From Candidatus Doudnabacteria bacterium (GTDB lineage: Bacteria > Patescibacteriota > Doudnabacteria > UBA920 > VMFF01), in NCBI GenBank assembly GCA_028286905.1, contig JAQBQP010000002.1, positions 56,971-120,970 of the forward strand: DNA of 64,000 nucleotides, given 5' to 3'. Below, one piece after another: positions 58,610 through 64,000 of this stretch (the stretch's first letter is position 1; every line of letters begins with the position of its first letter). A program made the translations under genes and the position numbers. Below the pieces are notes generated by a model. The model was given only the letters and a program-made list of their open reading frames with translations. It did not search any database and had not been told where the DNA came from.

Positions 58610-59410
58610 TTACTGTGCAAAAAACTGGATTAAAGCAGACGCTAAAAAATCTGCTTTCACATTGTGATTCTGGCCTTCAAGCACCCGAAGATTTCCTTTG
58701 GGTAGTACTGCAACGAGATCCTCAGCGGCTTGTTTCATTTGGTTTGAGTCGCCCGTCACAGCCAATGTGGGCACAGCTAAAGTTTTAAGTGTCGTAGGCA
58801 CACTGCCATCTCCAACAATAATAGCATCGTATACGAGAGTGGGCGCAAGAGTTTTCAAACCTCTCCACATCGGTGTGAGACTCATTCCGATGACTATCGG
58901 GGTCGGCAAACCGATCCTCTTAAAGAATAATTTTAAGGCTTTGTTCGGTTGATTTGCGGAAATAAATTTTTTAAGGCCGTCAATATATTCAGTTGCATCG
59001 CTTAATTTCTGCTCGGAAATAAATGGCGCTTCGTAAAGAGCTATCTTTGTGATTCCCGGCAGTTTCGTTGCTGCCAAAAGTGCCAAATTTCCTCCGGATG
59101 AGTTGCCGAAAATATTGGCGGAACCGCCAACTTCACGAATTATGCCTTCAAGGTCTTCGATTTCTCTATCGACTGAATAAGAATTTGTGTCAGTGCTCTC
59201 GCCTCGACCACGTCGATCGTAACTAATCACAGTAAATTTTTCCGCGAGCAATGGCGCAAGCGTACCCATTAAATGATCGGATTTAGTCTGCAAAGCTCCA
59301 CCTACCAGGATAATGATTGGGCCATTGCCGATGCGGTTATAGGCGATTGTAGCGCCGTCTTTCGAGGTTATTTTAAGCATGGTTATTTCTTTTATGGTTA
59401 TTGTCCACAT
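58610..59410 (-). CDS. Alpha/beta hydrolase
   Basis: GNSSGG nucleophile elbow, conserved Asp and His downstream. Confidence 0.75.
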   Translation of the reverse strand: MWTITIKEITMLKITSKDGATIAYNRIGNGPIIILVGGALQTKSDHLMGTLAPLLAEKFTVISYDRRGRGESTDTNSYSVDREIEDLEGIIREVGGSANIFGNSSGGNLALLAATKLPGITKIALYEAPFISEQKLSDATEYIDGLKKFISANQPNKALKLFFKRIGLPTPIVIGMSLTPMWRGLKTLAPTLVYDAIIVGDGSVPTTLKTLAVPTLAVTGDSNQMKQAAEDLVAVLPKGNLRVLEGQNHNVKADFLASALIQFFAQ

Positions 59411-59455
59411 ATTAACATACTTTCATTATGAAAGTAAATGTGTTAATCTAATTGT

Positions 59456-59926
59456 ATGAAAAGAACCGATAAAAAATCAAATTGCGCTATTAACTTTTCA
59501 CTAGAAGCTGTGGGTGATCCATGGTCGCTTCTAATCATCCGGGACATTGTCTATTTTGGGAAAAATACATATGGAGAGTTTTTGGCATCAGATGAACGTA
59601 TCGGCACGAACGTGCTAGCTCAAAGACTAATTGCTCTTGAAGAAAAAAAGATTATCACCAAAGTAACCAGCAAGTTCGATAGGCGAAAGGAAATTTATCA
59701 GCTTACGAATAAAGGCTTAGATTTGGTTCCAATTTTACTTGATTTGGCGGAGTGGGGTACAAAACATGACCCTAAAACCGAAGCATCTTTAGAATGGATA
59801 AAAGCAGTTCGTGCTAACAGAGCAACCATAATTAGTCGTATCAGAAATGTCTTAAAAAACGGCGGCTCAGTTTTAAAAAATTATAATAGTATCGTTTTGA
59901 AAGCGAAAAACACTAACTTTCGCTAA
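59456..59926 (+). CDS. HxlR-family winged-helix transcriptional regulator
   Basis: CAINFSLEAVGDPWSLLIIRDI...LAQRLIALEE. Confidence 0.7.
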   Translation: MKRTDKKSNCAINFSLEAVGDPWSLLIIRDIVYFGKNTYGEFLASDERIGTNVLAQRLIALEEKKIITKVTSKFDRRKEIYQLTNKGLDLVPILLDLAEWGTKHDPKTEASLEWIKAVRANRATIISRIRNVLKNGGSVLKNYNSIVLKAKNTNFR

Positions 59927-60003
59927 TACGCTTTATTGTGCAAGTATGTGAAAGTGACTAGCTGTTTGTTTTTAATTTCGCACTATGTTAGTATACTAAC
60001 ATT

Positions 60004-60453
60004 ATGAAACTCTATTCCCGTAGAGACTCTACACCAGATCTGTTGCACAAATTAGTTCACGCAATGGACCGTTCGGCGGATGTAATACTCCAAAAACAAT
60101 TCGGTATTACCTACAAGCGCGCCTATTTCTTACTCGTCCTTCAGAGGGTCGGAACAGTGACTCAGCATCAGTTAGCGGTTGTACTGGGGTATAGCGCTGC
60201 TTCGGTGAGTACGATGCTAACCGCGCTTTCAAAATTAGGATACGTTGATATTCAGCCAAGCCCACACCATGGGCGGAAAAAGCTGGTGTCTCTCACTCCG
60301 TACGGCAAGGAACTGGTTACGAAAGGCCGAAATATGCTTAATGCACACTTCGCTAGTCTTATGCTCGGTGAGCACATGAATATCCAAGAATATTATGCCC
60401 AGACAGAGCGGTTATACTCAGCCGTAGTTGCAAAAAATAAGGAGCAAAAATGA
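60004..60453 (+). CDS. MarR-family transcriptional regulator
   Basis: Winged HTH (QHQLAVVLGYSAASVSTMLTALSKLGYV). Confidence 0.75.
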   Translation: MKLYSRRDSTPDLLHKLVHAMDRSADVILQKQFGITYKRAYFLLVLQRVGTVTQHQLAVVLGYSAASVSTMLTALSKLGYVDIQPSPHHGRKKLVSLTPYGKELVTKGRNMLNAHFASLMLGEHMNIQEYYAQTERLYSAVVAKNKEQK

Positions 60454-61286
60454 CTCAGAGCTTTGAACAAAATAGCTTCGTGTCATTCGATGGAACGAGT
60501 CTATCATACGAAAAGATTGGAGCTGGCCCAGCTGTAATAGTTGTTCCCGGCGCACTTGAAGAAACTGAAAACTTTCGAGGTTTTGCAGAAGAGTTGTCAC
60601 ACTTATTTACCGTTCATACTCTTGATCGCCGCGGCCACGGGAAAAGTGACCCACAGGGTGAAGGCTACTCAATTAATAAGGAATGCCAAGATATCCGTAC
60701 CTTGCAAGATCTCACAAAGGCAAAGTACCTTTTTGCCCATAGTTTTGGCGGATTTGCAGTTCTCGAGACAGCACGGAACAACCCAGAACTTATGGGAGTT
60801 GCTGTTTATGAACCCGGCATTTCAATTGATGGTTCAATCAATGTCAGATGGGTCGATCGGTGTCTCACTGAGATTGCTGCCGGTAAACTACACGATGCGT
60901 TTACCACATTTGCCCAAGGGGTTAACCCTCGGTCGGCCCTGATGCCACGATGGATCTTTAAGCGAGTTTTACGTCTTGCGTTGAAGCCAGCCGAACTAGC
61001 CCAAAAGTATCGTTTGCTCGCAACAGCTATTCCTGAGCATCTCGAAGAAGCCCGTTTGAACAACACTTATCAGAATTATCAGGAAATTAACGCACCAGTA
61101 CTACTGATGCGGGGGACTGGCGGTGTAATGTCTAAGCCAGCACTGGCGAAGCTAGCTTCTGCGATAACCAACGTTAAGGTTACGGAGTTCAAAGGTCTTG
61201 ATCACTTTGGGCCGGAACAAAAACCCAAAATTGTGGCCAATGTTGTGGCGAATTTCTTCGCGCAGGCTGGGCGAAAGTTTTTGTAA
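60450..61286 (+). CDS. Alpha/beta hydrolase
   Basis: HSFGG nucleophile elbow; overlaps the MarR stop, suggesting an operon. Confidence 0.75.
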   Translation: MTQSFEQNSFVSFDGTSLSYEKIGAGPAVIVVPGALEETENFRGFAEELSHLFTVHTLDRRGHGKSDPQGEGYSINKECQDIRTLQDLTKAKYLFAHSFGGFAVLETARNNPELMGVAVYEPGISIDGSINVRWVDRCLTEIAAGKLHDAFTTFAQGVNPRSALMPRWIFKRVLRLALKPAELAQKYRLLATAIPEHLEEARLNNTYQNYQEINAPVLLMRGTGGVMSKPALAKLASAITNVKVTEFKGLDHFGPEQKPKIVANVVANFFAQAGRKFL

Positions 61287-61307
61287 TCTCGAAAGGTTTT
61301 GTTGAAA

Positions 61308-61337
61308 TAAAAAACACCAACAGTCGTTGATGTTTTT
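61308..61337. terminator. Bidirectional terminator (AAAAAACACCAAC...GTTGATGTTTTTT)
   Basis: Imperfect stem with A/T runs between convergent genes. Confidence 0.45.
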
Positions 61338-61386
61338 TATATTGGCTTGGGAGACGGATAATGTTAGAACTAAAGCTACCTAGTTT

Positions 61387-61959
61387 TTAATGGATTTTTT
61401 TGCCCGCTTGTAGCATAGCAAGTAGCTTATCTTGCCGACGCTTGCGAGTCTGCTCTGTTTTCGCAGTTACTAAACGCCAAGCAATAGCGTACGTATTGGT
61501 TTTATTTAGAGTATTAAAAAACTGCAAAGCTTTTGGGTATTTACGTAGTTCTTTTAAGAAATAGTCAGGGACTACCATTTGGCTCGGTTTGTCGTATGCA
61601 GCATCCCAACGGCCATCCGATTTCGCACGAGTAACTTCCTCTAAACCCGCTGGTGTCATCAAGCCCTCTTTGATCAGTTTTGATATTAGTTCTATGTTAC
61701 GTTTTGACCACAAACTCTTGCTTCGTCTTGGGGTAAATTTTTGGATGTATGAAAGTTTGTCGTATGTTTTCTTTTGGCCGTCAATCCAACCAAAGCACAA
61801 AGCTTGCTCTAAGGCTTCCTGATAGGAAACAGAAACAATCCCTGAGTCCTTTTTATATACTTGCATCCACAGGCCGTTTGTTTTAGAGTGATTTTTTATG
61901 AGCCATTTCCGCCACGTCTCAGTATCTTTAAAAGCTTTTATTGTATATTCTGTATCCAT
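61387..61959 (-). CDS. YdeI/OmpD-associated family protein
   Basis: Overall similarity to PF13376-type proteins (WRKW..., YAIAWR). Confidence 0.6.
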   Translation of the reverse strand: MDTEYTIKAFKDTETWRKWLIKNHSKTNGLWMQVYKKDSGIVSVSYQEALEQALCFGWIDGQKKTYDKLSYIQKFTPRRSKSLWSKRNIELISKLIKEGLMTPAGLEEVTRAKSDGRWDAAYDKPSQMVVPDYFLKELRKYPKALQFFNTLNKTNTYAIAWRLVTAKTEQTRKRRQDKLLAMLQAGKKIH

Positions 61960-62071
61960 AAAATAATAATAACAAAAAACACCTGCTCAAACCAGATGTC
62001 CTTTGTTGGCTAAATATGTTGAACGAAGTTAGAACTTATGAAATAGAGAAAATGACTTAAATAAAGTATTT

Positions 62072-62500
62072 TTATTTGTTTGAATAAAATTCAATTATCC
62101 ATTCAATACCATATTTATCTCTAAACATACCAAAATACGATCCCCAAGGACCATCATTCATTGGTACTTCAATTTCTCCGCCCGTAGAAAGACCATTAAA
62201 TAATCTGTCCGCCTCTTCTTTACTTTCCGTGCGTATTGAAATTTTACTTCTGTTTTCATTCTCATTAACTTCTTGCCCCATAATTTCTGGAACATCATTT
62301 GCCATTAGCATATCATTTTTACCAATGGATAAAGCAATAAGCATTATTTTATTTTGATCTTTTTCTGCTATAGGATATTCAGGATTTGCAAGATCTTTAA
62401 AACGTATTACTTTTGTAAAGTCTCCGCCGAATACTGACTTATAAAAAGTAAATGCCTCTTCAGCATTACCATTAAAGTTAATCCAAGGATTTATTGTCAT
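62072..62500 (-). CDS. VOC (glyoxalase/PhnB-like) family protein
   Basis: INFNGNAEEAFTFYKSVFGG N-terminus is typical of the PhnB-like VOC family. Confidence 0.7.
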   Translation of the reverse strand: MTINPWINFNGNAEEAFTFYKSVFGGDFTKVIRFKDLANPEYPIAEKDQNKIMLIALSIGKNDMLMANDVPEIMGQEVNENENRSKISIRTESKEEADRLFNGLSTGGEIEVPMNDGPWGSYFGMFRDKYGIEWIIEFYSNK

Positions 62501-62725
62501 AATATTTAAATTATATTAATTTGATAGAGACATACAAAGTACCGGTGCTTTTAAAACATTATACATTCTAAGTGTGAAAACACCAACTTTAACGCTGATG
62601 TTATTGCTCCGGAGGTGTGCATGCCCGCTTCGCTATGCATTTCCTTTAAGAACATTGCCTTCAGGAACATAAATTACAGAAGTCAGATTCGGACCTTACG
62701 GCTCATCATACACCTAATAAAATTT

Positions 62726-62750
62726 AAAAGCACCATTGAATGGTGCTTTT
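62726..62750 (-). terminator. Terminator hairpin (AAAAGCACCATTGAATGGTGCTTTT) downstream of the intron-containing tRNA
   Basis: Perfect 10-bp stem; on the minus strand it is followed by TTTTAAATTTTATT. Confidence 0.6.
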
Positions 62751-62796
62751 AAATTTGGCTCGGGAGGTGGGATTCGGACCCACGACCAATCGATTA

Positions 62797-63336
62797 CACG
62801 TATCCCTAAATTTCTCTAAGGGGTGGACTATATCATCATCCCACTTTTACTGGGATGCGAGGCGCTTCGGCCGATCTTCATCGGACTACTCCTTGCGGAT
62901 AGTCTCTGAACCTTCCCCAATTATAAGTCGGGGCTTGGCTGCTGATTGCCCCGAAGGGTTTCCAGCAATTCACCTCGTTTTTCCATCCTCAATTACTTGA
63001 AGAGGCTGCAATTAGACCGGCATGTATTTCTTTGTAACAGTTTGAGCAAATTAGAACGCATTTTTCTAACTCTTTTCGTGTTCTTTCCCACGATCGAGTC
63101 AGTCCACTAAGCGCAATTCCAAATTCTTTGGTTTTACGATCCAAGTGGTGAAATTCTAAAGCTGCTAGACATCTATCGTAGCACAGAGCTTGCACTTGCC
63201 GCCTTTTAAAGCGACGGCCATGGCTTTGATTTTCTTACGTCTCTTATCTACTGCCAGTTTGATATACTCTTTTCGGTCTGAATATTTTCTTTGTTCTTTC
63301 ATACTTTGATAGTATCAAAGAATTAGATGGTATTAC
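62797..63336 (-). mobile_element. Group I intron (self-splicing-type) inserted in the tRNA anticodon loop
   Basis: P7 strands ...GGTTCAGAGACTA... and ...TATAGTCCACC...; P9-like hairpin CCCTTAGAGAAATTTAGGG followed by ATACG (omega-G) directly before the 3' exon; internal HNH ORF; boundaries +/- 2 nt. Confidence 0.7.
62989..63301 (-). pseudogene. Intron-encoded HNH homing endonuclease, split by a frameshift (ATG at 63301; C-terminal part in another frame ending 62989)
   Basis: Frame 1: MKEQRKYSDRKEYIKLAVDKRRKKIKAMAVALKGGKCKLCATIDV*; frame +2 continues ...ALCYDRCLAALEFHHLDRKTKEFG...CVLICSNCYKEIH with HNH motifs (HH..D, CxxC...H). Confidence 0.6.
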
Positions 63337-63419
63337 AGTCGATTGCTCTACCACTGAGCTACTCCCGAATATTCTGTTTTGAACCATAGAATCGGCCTAT
63401 TTGGCCGAAACTACTCGAA

Positions 63420-63448
63420 TATTATTGCATTTCTTTTTGCTTAAGTCA
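63420..63448 (-). promoter_or_regulatory. Candidate sigma70 promoter for the intron-containing tRNA (-35 TTGACT, 17-nt spacer, -10 AATAAT)
   Basis: Read on the minus strand about 50 nt upstream of the tRNA 5' end. Confidence 0.3.
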
Positions 63449-63471
63449 ACAAACCAAGTATAATAATTGAT

Positions 63472-64000
63472 ATGATCAAAGAAGAAATAGGCGATTTAAA
63501 AGGTTATCAGCTCTTGGACAGCGGCGATGGTGCCCGCTTGGAGAAATTTGGCGAATACGTTTTGCAAAAACCGGACCCTGCGGTACTTTGGACAAAGTCA
63601 CTTCCGGAATCTGAATGGAAAAAAGCTGACGCAATATATATAAGAGGCAGCGAGGACCGCGGCAACTGGAAAGTTCAAAATAAACAGATGCCCGAAAAAT
63701 GGACTTTGGATTATCAAATTCCTAATTCATCTAACCCAGAAGACAAAATTACTTTTTATGCAAAGTTAAACCCGTTTAAGCATACTGGTATTTTTCCTGA
63801 GCAAGCAGCAAACTGGGATTTTATTACCGAAAAACTACAAGCAGCAAAAAAGCAAAATAAAGAACTCAAAGTTTTAAACTTATTTGGTTACACCGGTATA
63901 GCCAGTGTTTTAGCGGCGAAACTTGGTGCGAAGGTTTCGCACGTCGACGCCTCCCGCCCTTCCTTGAATGACGCCAAAGAAAATATGCTGATGAGTGGTT
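63472..64000 (+). CDS. Class I SAM-dependent rRNA methyltransferase (RlmI/RlmK-like), 3'-truncated by window end
   Basis: MIKEEIGDLKGYQLLDSGDGARLEKFG... then LNLFGYTGIASVLAAKLGAKVSHVD (SAM-binding motif I); ORF runs off the window. Confidence 0.6.
   Translation, partial: MIKEEIGDLKGYQLLDSGDGARLEKFGEYVLQKPDPAVLWTKSLPESEWKKADAIYIRGSEDRGNWKVQNKQMPEKWTLDYQIPNSSNPEDKITFYAKLNPFKHTGIFPEQAANWDFITEKLQAAKKQNKELKVLNLFGYTGIASVLAAKLGAKVSHVDASRPSLNDAKENMLMSG

Larger units (their letters stand above)
62756..63367 (-). tRNA. tRNA gene interrupted by a group I intron in the anticodon loop (anticodon UGU/Thr or GUU/Asn depending on exact junction); encoded CCA
   Basis: 5' exon TCGGGAG-TA-GCTC-AGTGGTA-GAGC-A-ATCGA-CT(GT); 3' exon (TGTAA)-TCGAT-TGGTC-GTGGG-TCCGAAT-CCCAC-CTCCCGA-G-CCA; acceptor and anticodon stems pair perfectly across the ~540-nt insertion. 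Confidence 0.75.

Noticed and set aside
62560-62715. SRP (4.5S) RNA candidate
   Set aside because: Only a short AGGUCCGAA-like resemblance; lacks the conserved domain IV symmetric-loop sequence and the GNRA-capped helix. Kept only as a low-interest observation.
62756-62800. Possible tmRNA 3' tRNA-like domain (T-arm plus acceptor ending GCCA) at the minus-strand 3' end
   Set aside because: A perfectly complementary 5' acceptor strand, D-arm and anticodon-stem strand lie 570 nt away (63335..63367), giving a complete tRNA. The intervening sequence shows group I intron hallmarks rather than a tag-peptide ORF or pseudoknots.
62740-63000. 86-aa ORF on the + strand
   Set aside because: It lies antisense to the structured core of the group I intron and the 3' exon of the tRNA; a shadow ORF.

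Overview
This 64 kb window is a low-G+C bacterial chromosomal segment (by eye mid-30s % G+C) with dense, mostly short genes. It opens inside an rRNA operon: the last ~465 nt of the 23S rRNA, then a 5S rRNA and a terminator. A tRNA-Ser(GGA) follows, then dnaG and rpoD (the macromolecular-synthesis pair, without rpsU). After that come housekeeping and envelope genes: tdk, truB, class II fba, guaC, tsaC, GT2 glycosyltransferases, DedA, PAP2 and an LtaS-like sulfatase. Transport and regulatory genes include an MFS transporter, an ABC exporter, an ECF sigma / MacAB-type efflux cluster, two-component systems, and MarR, HxlR and ArsR regulators. There is a sortase next to a Cys-repeat surface protein, and secreted enzymes: a lytic-transglycosylase-domain protein and a peptidase G1-like protein. 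A copper/heme-related membrane cluster and a SET-domain protein are present. A Ku-LigD non-homologous end-joining pair sits next to a complete cyoABCD quinol oxidase operon, with heme O synthase (cyoE) encoded separately. Three segments have conspicuously higher G+C than their surroundings: a small ORF next to tRNA-Ser, a sigma-region-4-like regulator, and an orphan histidine kinase. The most striking feature is at 62756..63367 on the minus strand. A complete tRNA gene is interrupted in its anticodon loop by a ~540-nt group I intron. The intron shows P7 strands (CAGAGACUA / UAGUC), a P9-like hairpin and a terminal omega-G. It carries an HNH homing-endonuclease ORF that is split by a frameshift. 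No CRISPR arrays, transposases or integrases were seen. The gene content and style resemble a small-genome Patescibacteria/CPR-like organism such as Saccharibacteria, but that is inference only. All calls come from reading the sequence and ORF translations, with no database searches; product assignments rest on recognisable motifs and recalled family signatures.
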